NCBI GenBank assembly: GCA_963662615.2
Contig: CAXXSR010000001.1
Span: 416,001-480,000 of the forward strand
DNA length: 64,000 nt
Direction of reading: 5' to 3'
Source: Dehalococcoidia bacterium
GTDB taxonomy: Bacteria; Chloroflexota; Dehalococcoidia; Bin125
Part shown: one piece after another, positions 32,334 through 42,061 of the stretch
Layout: each line of letters starts with the position of its first letter
Numbering within the stretch: position 1 is the stretch's first letter
Position numbers and translations under genes: made by a program
The notes under the pieces: generated by a model
What the model saw: only the letters and a program-made list of their open reading frames with translations
Database searches by the model: none
What the model was told of the DNA's origin: nothing

Positions 32334-32930
32334 TTAGAGGCCGAACCGCTCCCACAGGAAGATGGGTGGGGCGAACTGGCCGTCGCGGTCGTTGAGCGCG
32401 CTTAGCACGATCAGCCAGAGGACGAAGCCGAAGAGGTTGGAGCCGAGCGCCCGCGCCAGCGAGGTGCCCAAGGCGATTTGCGTCGCCAGCGTGGTGGAGA
32501 GGAGCAGCAGTCCCACGGAGAGCAGGGTGACGGCATAGCCCAGGCCGGGCAGAAAGATGAAGAAGGAGAAGGTGAAGGGGACGGTGGCGAAGCTGAGCGT
32601 GCGGACCGTGGCCGTGAGGGCGGCGCTGTCCTGGCGGCCCACCTGGCCCGCCATGGCGGCGACCAGGCCCGCCCAGACGAAGAACATGCCGGTGGCGACG
32701 AGGGCGCCGATCACCACGGAGTCGAGGAAGAAGCCCAGCTTGTCGGGGACGTCCTCCAGCACGGCCCAGAGCAAGCCACCCAAGGCGGAAACGAACATGA
32801 CCAGGGCGACGGTCAGCATGGCCGGCACCACCGCGGTGGTGTCGCGGTAGATCTCTTGCAGCACCGCCCCATCAAAGGTGGCGAGGCGCTTCCAGCGGGC
32901 GCCGGGGTTCGGTCCAAGCCACTGCCGCAT
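32334..32930 (-). CDS. Yip1-like multi-pass membrane protein
   Basis: About five hydrophobic helices; RTLSFATVP motif. Confidence 0.7.
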   Translation of the reverse strand: MRQWLGPNPGARWKRLATFDGAVLQEIYRDTTAVVPAMLTVALVMFVSALGGLLWAVLEDVPDKLGFFLDSVVIGALVATGMFFVWAGLVAAMAGQVGRQDSAALTATVRTLSFATVPFTFSFFIFLPGLGYAVTLLSVGLLLLSTTLATQIALGTSLARALGSNLFGFVLWLIVLSALNDRDGQFAPPIFLWERFGL

Positions 32931-33050
32931 GGCCCGCGCTCCTTTTGTCGGGACGGCCGCACATGCGCCGGCCCTGCCACCGTAGCAGCGGCGCTGCTGC
33001 AGGGCCGTTGGGGCAATTCCCTATTCCGGCCGCGTCTTCGCGGCGACTCC

Positions 33051-33809
33051 CTATTGCGGCCGCGTCTTGGCGGATTGCAAGGGCGCGCGACGGATCTGGC
33101 GGACGTTGCGTGGGTAGCGGTCGGGGGAGGGCCGGCGCTTGCGCGAGGTCAGGAGGAGGAGGTCGCGGCCGCTGCCGGGCCAGGAGAGGGGCGTGAACGC
33201 GGGCGGCTCGCCGCCGAGCATGGCGGCGACGGCGGCCGCGTCGGGGAGCACGGCCCGCGCCGCCGGGCCAACGAAGAGCGTCGCCAGACCCGCCGGCGCC
33301 AGCAGCGGCAACAGCAGCTCCAGGGCGACGGGCGGGGGCGCCAGGGCGCGCGCGAGCGCCACGGCGAAGGACTCCCGGGAGGGCGAATGGGCGAACGTCT
33401 CCCCGCGGGCGTGCACGACGCGGACGTTGGTGAGTCCCAGGGCGGCCACCGTTTCCTCCAGGAAGGCGGCCTTGCGGCGTCGGCTCTCGACCAGGGTGAC
33501 GGGGCGCGCCGGCGCGACGATGGCGATGGGGATGCCGGGGGCGCCGCCGCCGCTGCCCACCTCCACGATCGCGCCGGCCGGGGCCTGAGGGGCGAGCAGC
33601 GCCCAGCCCGCCAGCGGCTCCAGAATGTGCCGCGCCATGGCCTCATCCGGCTCCGTAATGCGCGTCAGGTTGAGACGGTCGTCGGCTCCCCACAGCGCTT
33701 CCAGAAACCCCGCCAGGCGGGTGAGGGCCGGCTCCTCAGCGGACAGCTCCGCGCCAACCAGCGCGGCCGCGAGCATTCGCGGGAGGTCGGCGGATGGGGC
33801 CACGGCCAT
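33051..33809 (-). CDS. rsmG: 16S rRNA m7G527 methyltransferase
   Basis: LNLTRI, HILEPL, EVGSGGGAPGIP, LVESRRRKAAFL, ARALA, YPR. Confidence 0.93.
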   Translation of the reverse strand: MAVAPSADLPRMLAAALVGAELSAEEPALTRLAGFLEALWGADDRLNLTRITEPDEAMARHILEPLAGWALLAPQAPAGAIVEVGSGGGAPGIPIAIVAPARPVTLVESRRRKAAFLEETVAALGLTNVRVVHARGETFAHSPSRESFAVALARALAPPPVALELLLPLLAPAGLATLFVGPAARAVLPDAAAVAAMLGGEPPAFTPLSWPGSGRDLLLLTSRKRRPSPDRYPRNVRQIRRAPLQSAKTRPQ

Positions 33810-33928
33810 GGCAGATCCCCTTGGCTGGGCGGGCGTGTATTCTGCGAGTCGGGTCGCTGTCGCCGGGCGGATTGTACGGGCGCCCCCGCGAAACCTACGA
33901 TAGAGGGACTGGTGGAGAGAGGGTGACG

Positions 33929-34756
33929 ATGGCCGACGCCGACGTCGAGGCTCCAGCGCTGACGCTGGAGCGGGCCGCAGCGGAATACTTTGACGCCGCC
34001 GCCAAGAAACTGGAGCAGCGCCAGCGCGTGGCCGTCACGCGGTTCGTCTCTTGGTCCGGCCCCTCGCGGGCGATCGGCGCAATTACGGCGCACGAGATCA
34101 GCCAGTTCCAAGAGGGACAGGGGCAGCACGTCGCCGATCTCTCCGAGCGGCTGGTGCCGCTGAAGGCGTTCTTCACGTACGCGCGACGGCGCGGCTGGAC
34201 GGCGACGAACCTGGGTGTCCATCTGCGTGTGAAACGGCCGCAGCGCCGGCTCGGCGCCGCCGGCGCGCAGGAGGAGCCGGAGCCGAGGGAAACGATTGAG
34301 ATGACACCGGAGGGGCTGAAGGCAGCGACGGGGGAGCTGGAGCGACTGAAGGGGGAGCGGCCGGGGATGGCGGCACAGTTGGAGGCGGCGATGGCGGATA
34401 AGGACTTCCGCGAGAACGCGCCGCTGGAGGCCGCCCGCGACGCCCAAGGCCACTTGGAGGCGCGCATACGCGAATTGGAGCACCAGCTCGGGCACGCGGT
34501 GGCGGTGAAGCGGGACGAGGCCTCACGGGGCGGGCAGGCGCACCTCGGCAGCGCCGTCAAGGTCACCAATCTTGTCTCCAGTCGGACCGTTCAGTACACT
34601 CTCGTCGGCCAAAACGAAGTGGATACGGCGGCCGGACGGATTTCGGTCGTGAGTCCAGTGGGTCAAGCGCTGGTCGGCCGCAGTGCGGGTGACGTTGTGG
34701 CTGTGGAAGCGCCCTCTGGAACCATCCGCTTCCGCGTTGAAACGGTTGAGGGGTAG
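33929..34756 (+). CDS. greA: GreA with N-terminal tyrosine-recombinase core-binding (SAM-like) domain
   Basis: C-terminal DKDFRENAPLEAAR...ISVVSPVGQALVG; N-terminal ITAHEISQF...LVPLKAFFTYARRRGW..TNL. Confidence 0.88.
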   Translation: MADADVEAPALTLERAAAEYFDAAAKKLEQRQRVAVTRFVSWSGPSRAIGAITAHEISQFQEGQGQHVADLSERLVPLKAFFTYARRRGWTATNLGVHLRVKRPQRRLGAAGAQEEPEPRETIEMTPEGLKAATGELERLKGERPGMAAQLEAAMADKDFRENAPLEAARDAQGHLEARIRELEHQLGHAVAVKRDEASRGGQAHLGSAVKVTNLVSSRTVQYTLVGQNEVDTAAGRISVVSPVGQALVGRSAGDVVAVEAPSGTIRFRVETVEG

Positions 34757-34830
34757 GATCGCCCGTCCGCGGACGCGCGAGTGGCGCGGGACAGCGTCGC
34801 CCGGCATACGGTCTGGAAGGGGCGCTCGCC

Positions 34831-36006
34831 ATCAGCAGCGACCTGCCCGACATTGCCTTTGAGGTCACGGGAGCGCATCTGGACAGCGGGCTGCGCGGCG
34901 TCCCCGTGGGGACGTGCTGGACCAGCTACGTCGATCCCGAACTCGGCGTCAGCTACGCCGGGTACAACATCGCCGAGCTGGCCTACATGGCGCCGGAGTC
35001 GGTCATCTACTTGCTCTTTCATAAGCGCCTGCCCACGAAGGCCGAGGCCGCGGCGTTTGACACCGACCTGGCAGCACGGTCGCAAGTGGACCCGCAGGTG
35101 TTCGCCATGCTGCAGTCGCTGCCGCGCCAGGGGCATCCCATGGAATGGTTCTGCACGGCCATCCAGCTGCTGGGGATGGAGGGCAAGAGCGGGGACTACC
35201 AAGAAGACGGGATGAATCTGGTGGCGCGGATCCCCGCCGTGCTGGCGGCGCTGTTCCGCATCCGCGAGGGCTGGGGGGCCCCGATCCCGTCGGAGCCGGA
35301 TCGCGGCTATGTGGAGAACTTCGTCCACATGCTCGGCCTCCCCGGCGCCGCCGACGCGGCGCTGACGAAGCTGCTGCGCATCTACTACGTGCTGCACATG
35401 GACCACGGCGGCGGCAATCTCTCCACCTTCACCGGCAAGGCGGTGGCGTCCGGGCTGGCCGACATGTACCAGTCCATGGCGTCCGCCATGAACGGCCTGG
35501 CCGGCCCCCGGCACGGGCTGGCCACCCAGGACTGCTTCGCGATGGTGCGGGAGATCGACAGCGAAGACGAGGTGGAGGTGGAACGGCGGCTGGCCGATCG
35601 GCTCGCCCGCGGCGAATTGCTCTACGGTTTCGGTCACGCCGTCTTGCGACGGGAGGACCCGCGAGCGAAGGTGCTGTTCGACGTGGGCGACGAGATCTGC
35701 CCCGCCGACCACAACTTCCGCGTGCTGAAGGCGATGCGGGTAGCGGGCGTCAAAGTGCTCAAAGGGAACGCGAGGGTCACGGATCCATACCCCAACGTGG
35801 ACCTGGCCTCCGGCACCCTCCTGCACGCGGTGGGCTTCACCGATCCCGCCTACTACACGACCCTCTTCGGTTGGTCCCGCACGGCGGGCATCGCCGCCCA
35901 GATCGTGGACGAGCGGCTGCACTTCCGGAAGGGAAAGGGCGTGCCCATTTACCGGCCGCGCTATATCCCGGTCAACCAGCCGCGCCGCTCCCTCAGCAAG
36001 CAGTAG
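34831..36006 (+). CDS. Citrate synthase; probable ATC start
   Basis: GLRGVPVG, LHMDHGGGNLST, AGPRHGLA, GFGHAVLRREDPR, PNVD. Confidence 0.93.
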   Translation: MSSDLPDIAFEVTGAHLDSGLRGVPVGTCWTSYVDPELGVSYAGYNIAELAYMAPESVIYLLFHKRLPTKAEAAAFDTDLAARSQVDPQVFAMLQSLPRQGHPMEWFCTAIQLLGMEGKSGDYQEDGMNLVARIPAVLAALFRIREGWGAPIPSEPDRGYVENFVHMLGLPGAADAALTKLLRIYYVLHMDHGGGNLSTFTGKAVASGLADMYQSMASAMNGLAGPRHGLATQDCFAMVREIDSEDEVEVERRLADRLARGELLYGFGHAVLRREDPRAKVLFDVGDEICPADHNFRVLKAMRVAGVKVLKGNARVTDPYPNVDLASGTLLHAVGFTDPAYYTTLFGWSRTAGIAAQIVDERLHFRKGKGVPIYRPRYIPVNQPRRSLSKQ

Positions 36007-36191
36007 AGCCCGCCTGGCTGTGCGCCGTCGGCCGAGGGGCGCGACCACCTGAACGCGCCCCAGACGGTCCGCTTGTGCGTAAGAGAGCGTCCGCCAGACT
36101 GGGAAGCGGCCGGATCAGGGGCGTGATTCGCGCGCGCGTCGCCGACGAGCGACGCGCGCGAACATCGTGCGGCAAGGGGCGGACGAAGCCG

Positions 36192-37229
36192 ATGCCAACG
36201 GTCGATGCGGCGCGGACAAAGCGGGCCGACGTCGTGCGGCGGGTCGCGGAAGCGCGGTTTCAGTATCCCTCGGAGGAGCAGCCGGCCTGGCGGGCCACAG
36301 TCAACTTCCCCGACCGTCAGTTGGGCATTCAGATTCGCGACGGGGGTTGGATCTACCCGGACGTCGCGGTGACCGAGGAGCCCGGACACTTCATCCAGAT
36401 GCTGGGCGTGGTGACGCTGCGGCACGAGGTCACGGAAGCGGAGGCGGTGGGTCGCTGGCTGCCGCTGGCCAAGGCGGGGGCGCTCTATCTGTTCGTGCCC
36501 GCTGGGCAGGCCGGGCGGGCCAATCGACTCTGCCAGCAACACAGCATCAAATTGGCCGGCATCCGCACGTGGAGGCACACCACGACGTTCGGCTTGGAGA
36601 TCGTGGAAGCCTACTCGGGACCGGATCTGTTCGGCATGATCGCCGCGCTCCTGCCCGAACCGCTGCGGCCGCGGGCCTACCGAGTCCAACGCGTCCGCAT
36701 TGAAGAGCGCTACGGCGCGCCCGCACCGGCGCAGCGGGAAGCCGCCGCCGTGGCGGCGCCGGCTGCGCCGGCGGCCCTGTCGGCGGGGGCGGAATCCGTT
36801 GCGGGCCCCGCGCCGCATGCGCCCGCGGGCATACACCTGCCGCCGCCCAGCGTCTTCCCCTTCGTGATTGCCGCGGGCGCGGTCTTGACGGCCTTCGGAT
36901 TCGTCTTTCCCAGGGAGCTGTTAGGCGCCGGTGTGGCGACCTTGGTGGTCGGCGTGGGCGGTTGGCTGTGGGAGGACGTCGCCTACTTCGGGGGCGCGGC
37001 CCATGCGGAGGGGCTTGCGTCTCATCAGGAAGGCGGGGCGGTCCATCTGCCCCCGCCCAGCCTGAGCCCCTTCGTCATCGCCTTGGGGGCGGTGCTGACG
37101 GCGCTCGGCTTCGTCTTCCCGGCGGAGCTGTTGGGGGCGGGGATCACCTTGATCGTGATGGGAGTGTTCGGCTGGATCGCCGAGGACGTGCGCGATTTCG
37201 CGAAGAGCGGGCAGGGGGGCCATGGCTGA
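36192..37229 (+). CDS. Fusion of a soluble PD-(D/E)XK-like domain to two cytochrome c oxidase subunit IV-like membrane hairpins
   Basis: WIYPDVAV...LYLFVP; tandem (I/V)HLPPPS..PFVIA.GAVLTA.GFVFP.ELLGAG; stop overlaps the first ATG of subunit II. Confidence 0.7.
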   Translation: MPTVDAARTKRADVVRRVAEARFQYPSEEQPAWRATVNFPDRQLGIQIRDGGWIYPDVAVTEEPGHFIQMLGVVTLRHEVTEAEAVGRWLPLAKAGALYLFVPAGQAGRANRLCQQHSIKLAGIRTWRHTTTFGLEIVEAYSGPDLFGMIAALLPEPLRPRAYRVQRVRIEERYGAPAPAQREAAAVAAPAAPAALSAGAESVAGPAPHAPAGIHLPPPSVFPFVIAAGAVLTAFGFVFPRELLGAGVATLVVGVGGWLWEDVAYFGGAAHAEGLASHQEGGAVHLPPPSLSPFVIALGAVLTALGFVFPAELLGAGITLIVMGVFGWIAEDVRDFAKSGQGGHG

Positions 37230-38619
37230 GCGCCCACGCTCGGGAGCGGGACGGAGCAGCATGCCGGAGGGACGAGGGAGGCGGATGCCGCCCCTGGCGC
37301 TCCCCTGGGCCTCTCGCTGGTTCCACCTCAGCCTGGCGCTCTCCCTGGCTGCGACCCTCTTCCTGCTGTGGGCCGGGGTGGCGGCGGCGCAGGCGTTTCC
37401 GCCCGAGGCGACGAGCGAGCAGGGCGAAGACATCCGCGAGCTTTACCTCGTGGTCTTCGGCGTCGCGGCGGCGATCTTCATCCTCGTGGAGGCGGCGATC
37501 CTCTACCTGGTCATCCGCTACCGGCGCCGGAACGATGAGCTGCCGCCGCAGATTCACGGCAACCGCGTGGCGGAGATCCTCTGGACGGCCGTGCCCACGG
37601 TCATCGTCGTGGTGCTCTTCGCGCTCTCGTACGTGGTCTTGGAGGACGTGGAATCGGCGCCGGACGCCGACGAGCCGGTGGAAGTGATCGACGTGCTGGG
37701 GCAGCAGTGGAGCTGGGCCTTCAACTACTCCGCTCCCCTTAATGCCACGACCGCGGCGCCGTTGAGCCGGGACCCCGCCGAGACGACGCTGCAAGTCTCG
37801 GACGGCGGGGCGTTCCGCCCCTTCATGACGGTCCGCATTGATGTGGAGCACCTGCGGGTGCAGGAGATCAACGGCGACACGCTGACCGTAGAGCGGCGCG
37901 TCGACGGGACGGTGGCGCAGGAGCACAAGGCGCGCGCGCCGATCGATCGGATCTTTCAGGTCAGCGACACCGTGGAGGAGCGGCGGCTGGAGGGGGCCGA
38001 TCGCACGCCCGTGGTGACGGTGCCGGTGGGCCGGACGGTGCGCTTCAACCTGGCCAGCCAAGACGTTATCCACTCCTTCTACATCCCCCAGTTTCTCTAC
38101 AAGCTGGACGCGATGCCGGGCCGGGTGCAGTCGTTGTGGGTGAAGGTGACGGAGCCGGGCTTCTACCAAGGCCAGTGCGCCGAGTTCTGCGGCCTCAATC
38201 ACGCCCGCATGATCTTCGCGGTGGAGGCGCTGGCGCTGGCGGAGTACGAAGAGTGGCTGCGAAGTAAGACGCCCGAGCTGGGCGCGGCGGCGGCCCAGCC
38301 GGCGGCCGCGCCCGGGGAGGAGCCCGCTGCGGCGGCGGCGGCGGGGGGCGACCCCGCCCGCGGCCAGCAGCTTTTCTTCGCCAACGGATGCAACGTCTGC
38401 CACGGCGACATCGGCCAGGGAGCGATTGGGCCGACGATCGCGCAGACGGGGCTGAGCCTGGACGAGGTGATTACTCAGTACCGTGACCCGGTGGGGACGA
38501 CGATGCTGCCCTTCTCGGAGGGCGCGGTCCCGGACGAGGACGTGGCCGACATCTACGCCTGGTTACAGACGTTGGACCTGCCCGAGGAGATCGTCCCGGG
38601 GCGGGGAACGTCGCCCTAG
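37222..38619 (+). CDS. coxB: Cytochrome c oxidase subunit II with fused cytochrome c (caa3-type)
   Basis: QIHGNRVAEILWT, GQQWSW, DVIHSF, CuA motif CAEFCGLNHARM, heme c motif CNVCH; true start may be ATG 37261 or 37285. Confidence 0.95.
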   Translation: MAERPRSGAGRSSMPEGRGRRMPPLALPWASRWFHLSLALSLAATLFLLWAGVAAAQAFPPEATSEQGEDIRELYLVVFGVAAAIFILVEAAILYLVIRYRRRNDELPPQIHGNRVAEILWTAVPTVIVVVLFALSYVVLEDVESAPDADEPVEVIDVLGQQWSWAFNYSAPLNATTAAPLSRDPAETTLQVSDGGAFRPFMTVRIDVEHLRVQEINGDTLTVERRVDGTVAQEHKARAPIDRIFQVSDTVEERRLEGADRTPVVTVPVGRTVRFNLASQDVIHSFYIPQFLYKLDAMPGRVQSLWVKVTEPGFYQGQCAEFCGLNHARMIFAVEALALAEYEEWLRSKTPELGAAAAQPAAAPGEEPAAAAAAGGDPARGQQLFFANGCNVCHGDIGQGAIGPTIAQTGLSLDEVITQYRDPVGTTMLPFSEGAVPDEDVADIYAWLQTLDLPEEIVPGRGTSP

Positions 38620-38672
38620 GGGTTGGGTAAGGTGAGGGACGCAGTTAACCGCGATCGGCGGGAGCGTAGCGA

Positions 38673-40376
38673 ATGGCGACGGTAGCGGACGCGGTACCTC
38701 GGGGATACGGCGGCGCGGCGCCGTGGGCTGCCGTGATGTCCTGGGTCACGACGGTCGATCACAAGAAGATCGGCATCCTCTATGTGATCACGGCCGGCGT
38801 CTTCGGCGTTGTGGGGGCGGCGTTCTCGCTGGTGGTGCGGACCGAGCTGGCCAATCGCGGCGCCGTCCTGGACGCGGACACCTACAACCAGATGTTCACG
38901 ATGCACGCCAGCATCATGATCTTCCTGTTCATCATCCCCGCCTTTGTCGGCTTCATGAACTACGTGGTGCCGCTGCAGCTGGGGGCGCGCGACATGGCGT
39001 TCCCGCGCGTGAACGCCCTCTCCTATTGGATGTTCCTCTTTGGCGGCGTGCTCATTCTGAGCAGCTTCGCGTTCGGCGGCAGCGCTTCGGCGGGCTGGAC
39101 CATCTACGCGCCGTTGACGGGCAACACGGGCGCCAACCGGGACGTCGTGGGCGCGGGCATGGATCTGTGGCTGGTGGGAGTGATCATTTTGGGGGCCGCT
39201 TCCACCGCCGGCGGCATTAATTTCATGGTCACGATCTTCAAGATGCGGGCGCCGGGCATGACGATGTTCCGCATGCCGCTGCTCGGCTGGACCACCTTGG
39301 TGACGGCGTTCCTGACGGTGCTGGCGACGCCGGTGCTGGCGGCGGCCCTGATCATGCTGTTCGTGGACCGCAACGGCGGCGGAGGCGTCTTCTTCGACCC
39401 GGCCAGCGGCGGCCAGGCGCTGCTGTGGCAGAACGTCTTCTGGTTCTACTCCCACCCGGCGGTCTACATCATGATCCTGCCGGCGATGGGCATCATCTCG
39501 GAGATCATCCCAGTCTTCAGCCGCAAGCCGCTGTTCGGCTATCGGTCCATGGTGCTGGCGCTCGTGGCGATCGGCCTGCTCTCGTTCGTGGTCTGGTCGC
39601 ACCATATGTTCGCCACCGGCGGGGTCTTCCTGCCCTTCTTCATGGCCTCCACGTTCCTCATCGCCGTGCCCACCGGGGTGAAGATGTTCAACTGGATGGC
39701 CACCATGTACCGCGGCTCCATCCAGCTCACCACGGCGATGCTGTTTTCCGTTGGCTTCCTCCTGCTCTTCCTGATCGGGGGGCTGACGGGCATGTTCAGC
39801 GCCGCGGTGCCGGTGGACTTCGCGCTCCACGACACCTACTTCGTGGTGGGCCACCTGCACTACGTCCTGGCCACGGGCTCGGCCTTCGGCATCTTCGCGG
39901 CCAGCTACTACTGGTTCCCCAAGATGTTCGGCCGCTTCATGAACGAGGGCTTGGGCAAGGTCCACTTCTGGTTGATGTTTGTGGGCACGAACATGATCTA
40001 CTGGCCGCAGTTGATGCTGGGGCTGGACGGCATGCCGCGCCGGATCAACGACTACGCGGGCAACGGCGGCTGGGAGCTGATGAACCTGATCGCGTCGGTG
40101 GGGGCGTTCATCGCCATCAGCGGGGTGATGATCTTCCTCTACAACGTGGTCCACTCCATGTTCTGGGGCGAGCGTGCGGGCGACGATCCCTGGGAAGCGA
40201 ACACGCTGGAATGGGCCACCAGCTCGCCGCCGCCGCCGCACAACTTCGATGAGGTGCCGACGGTGCGCTCGGAACGGCCGCTGTTCGACCAGCGGCGGGA
40301 TGCGCTGGCCGCACTCGCCGCGGGAGCGGGCGCCGGCGCCAGCGAGCCGCAGCCCGACGCGCAGAGGGAAGGGTAG
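38673..40376 (+). CDS. coxA: Cytochrome c oxidase subunit I, A2 type
   Basis: TVDHKKIG, FTMHA, WFYSHPAVY (YS motif), VWSHHMF, HDTYFVVGHLHY, GMPRR. Confidence 0.98.
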   Translation: MATVADAVPRGYGGAAPWAAVMSWVTTVDHKKIGILYVITAGVFGVVGAAFSLVVRTELANRGAVLDADTYNQMFTMHASIMIFLFIIPAFVGFMNYVVPLQLGARDMAFPRVNALSYWMFLFGGVLILSSFAFGGSASAGWTIYAPLTGNTGANRDVVGAGMDLWLVGVIILGAASTAGGINFMVTIFKMRAPGMTMFRMPLLGWTTLVTAFLTVLATPVLAAALIMLFVDRNGGGGVFFDPASGGQALLWQNVFWFYSHPAVYIMILPAMGIISEIIPVFSRKPLFGYRSMVLALVAIGLLSFVVWSHHMFATGGVFLPFFMASTFLIAVPTGVKMFNWMATMYRGSIQLTTAMLFSVGFLLLFLIGGLTGMFSAAVPVDFALHDTYFVVGHLHYVLATGSAFGIFAASYYWFPKMFGRFMNEGLGKVHFWLMFVGTNMIYWPQLMLGLDGMPRRINDYAGNGGWELMNLIASVGAFIAISGVMIFLYNVVHSMFWGERAGDDPWEANTLEWATSSPPPPHNFDEVPTVRSERPLFDQRRDALAALAAGAGAGASEPQPDAQREG

Positions 40377-40384
40377 GCGTCCGC

Positions 40385-41011
40385 GTGGCCACGAGGGTTC
40401 GTACGGCCCGGCGCATCAACCCCATCAAGGAGTTCTTCATGGGCCAGGAGCCCATGACCAACGGCCTTTGGGGCGTCGTCTTCTTCATCCTCTCCGAGAT
40501 CATGTTCTTCTCCGGCCTGATTGCGGCCTCCTTGGCGCTGCGGGAGGACACGCTGGTCTGGGCGCCGCTGTTCGACGGCGTCGCCAACCCGGAGGCGGTG
40601 CTGGAGGCCGAGTTCCAGACGGTCTTCTTCGCCTTCGTCCTGGTGGGGAGCAGCCTGCCCATGCAGTACGCGGCCTTCGCGATCCGCAAGGGTAACCGGC
40701 GCGGCATGCAGTGGGGGATGGCCATCACGCTGGTGATGGGCATCGCCTTTTTGATCAGTCAAGGGCTGGAGTGGGAGGCGGCGGAGTTTGGCATCGGCAA
40801 CGGCGCCTACGGGGCCACCTTCTTCCTCCTGACGGGCTTCCACGGCGCCCACGTATTGGGCGGGCTCCTCTTTATCCTGGTGCTCTTTTTGCGTTCGCAG
40901 GTGGGGCAGTTCGACGCGCGGCGCAATACGGCGGTGGAAGCCGCCACCATATACTGGCATTTCGTGGACGTGGTCTGGATCCTGCTCTTCTCGCTCCTCT
41001 TCCTCGCCTAG
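40385..41011 (+). CDS. coxC: Cytochrome c oxidase subunit III
   Basis: FILSEIMFF, TGFHGAHVLGG, YWHFVDVVWI. Confidence 0.96.
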   Translation: MATRVRTARRINPIKEFFMGQEPMTNGLWGVVFFILSEIMFFSGLIAASLALREDTLVWAPLFDGVANPEAVLEAEFQTVFFAFVLVGSSLPMQYAAFAIRKGNRRGMQWGMAITLVMGIAFLISQGLEWEAAEFGIGNGAYGATFFLLTGFHGAHVLGGLLFILVLFLRSQVGQFDARRNTAVEAATIYWHFVDVVWILLFSLLFLA

Positions 41012-41098
41012 CGCGAGTGGGAGGGGGCGGCCCCCGCTTCGCGATCCGGACGCCGGCCAGCGCCCTATGGCGGCAGCGATGAGGAGAACGGCGGAGGC

Positions 41099-42061
41099 AT
41101 GAGCAAGCGCTGGGCCGCAGTCGCGGTCGCTCTGTTGGCCGCACTCGTTCCCGGCGTCGCCGCGGCGCACGACGGCGCGGCGGCTGAGTCGGGCGACGTG
41201 CTCCACGCGCTCACGGTGTGGAGCCCGGATCCGCCCGGTATCGTGCTGCTGCTGGTCATGGCCGGGCTTTACGTCTGGGGCTACCGCCGCCTGCGACGCG
41301 GCGCGCCCGGCTTCCATTTCCCGCGCTGGCACGCCGTCGCGTTCGGGGCCGGCGCCCTGCTCCTGCTGGGCTCGGTCGTCTCGCCCATCGACACCTACAG
41401 CGACGATCTCTTCTGGGTGCACATGGCCCAGCACATGCTGATCGTGATGCTGGTGGCGCCGCTGCTGCTGCTGGGCGCCCCGGCGACGCTGGCCCTGCGC
41501 GCGTCGAGCCCACGAGTGCGGCGCAGCTATGTGGTCCCGCTCATGCGCAGCCGCGCGCTGCAGCTGCTGACCTACCCGCCCGTGGCGCTCCTCCTCTTCG
41601 TGGCCGCCGTCTGGATCTGGCACCTGCCGGCCCTCTACGACGCCGCCATTGGCAGCGAAGCGCTGCATTTCCTGGAGCACGGGATCTTCCTGGGCGGGGC
41701 CTTGCTGTTCTGGTGGCTGATCATTGGCGTGGACGCCAGCCACCTGCGTCCCGGCTACGTTGCGCGGCTTGCGATTCTGGTGGTGGCGGTGCTGCAGAAC
41801 ATCGGCCTGGCGCTGATCCTGACGAACATGGGTGAACCGGTGTACGAGACGTACGCGGAGCTAGCGCCGCTGCGGGGCTGGGGCCCCAGCGCCCTCATCG
41901 ATCAGCGCATTGGCGCCGGCATCATGTGGGTGCCGGGCGCCATGATGTTTGCGCTGGCCGTGCTGGTCAACGTGTATTACTGGGCGGAGCATGAAGGGTT
42001 CAGGGGGCGGCGTGGCGACATGCTGCGGGAACGGACGGCGCGGGAGGTGCGCCTTGCTTGA
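41099..42061 (+). CDS. ctaG: Caa3-type cytochrome c oxidase assembly factor CtaG
   Basis: FWVHMAQHMLI..VAPLLL, WIWHLPALY, HFLEH, DQRIGAGIMW. Confidence 0.92.
   Translation: MSKRWAAVAVALLAALVPGVAAAHDGAAAESGDVLHALTVWSPDPPGIVLLLVMAGLYVWGYRRLRRGAPGFHFPRWHAVAFGAGALLLLGSVVSPIDTYSDDLFWVHMAQHMLIVMLVAPLLLLGAPATLALRASSPRVRRSYVVPLMRSRALQLLTYPPVALLLFVAAVWIWHLPALYDAAIGSEALHFLEHGIFLGGALLFWWLIIGVDASHLRPGYVARLAILVVAVLQNIGLALILTNMGEPVYETYAELAPLRGWGPSALIDQRIGAGIMWVPGAMMFALAVLVNVYYWAEHEGFRGRRGDMLRERTAREVRLA

Noticed and set aside
33929-34230. Integrase or prophage remnant
   Set aside because: Only a core-binding-like domain is present, in frame with GreA; there is no catalytic R-H-R-Y domain and no phage genes.
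38616-41743. Long antisense ORFs opposite coxA/coxC/ctaG, and similar ones opposite other genes
   Set aside because: These are shadow ORFs expected in high-GC DNA; they overlap well-supported genes and have no motifs.
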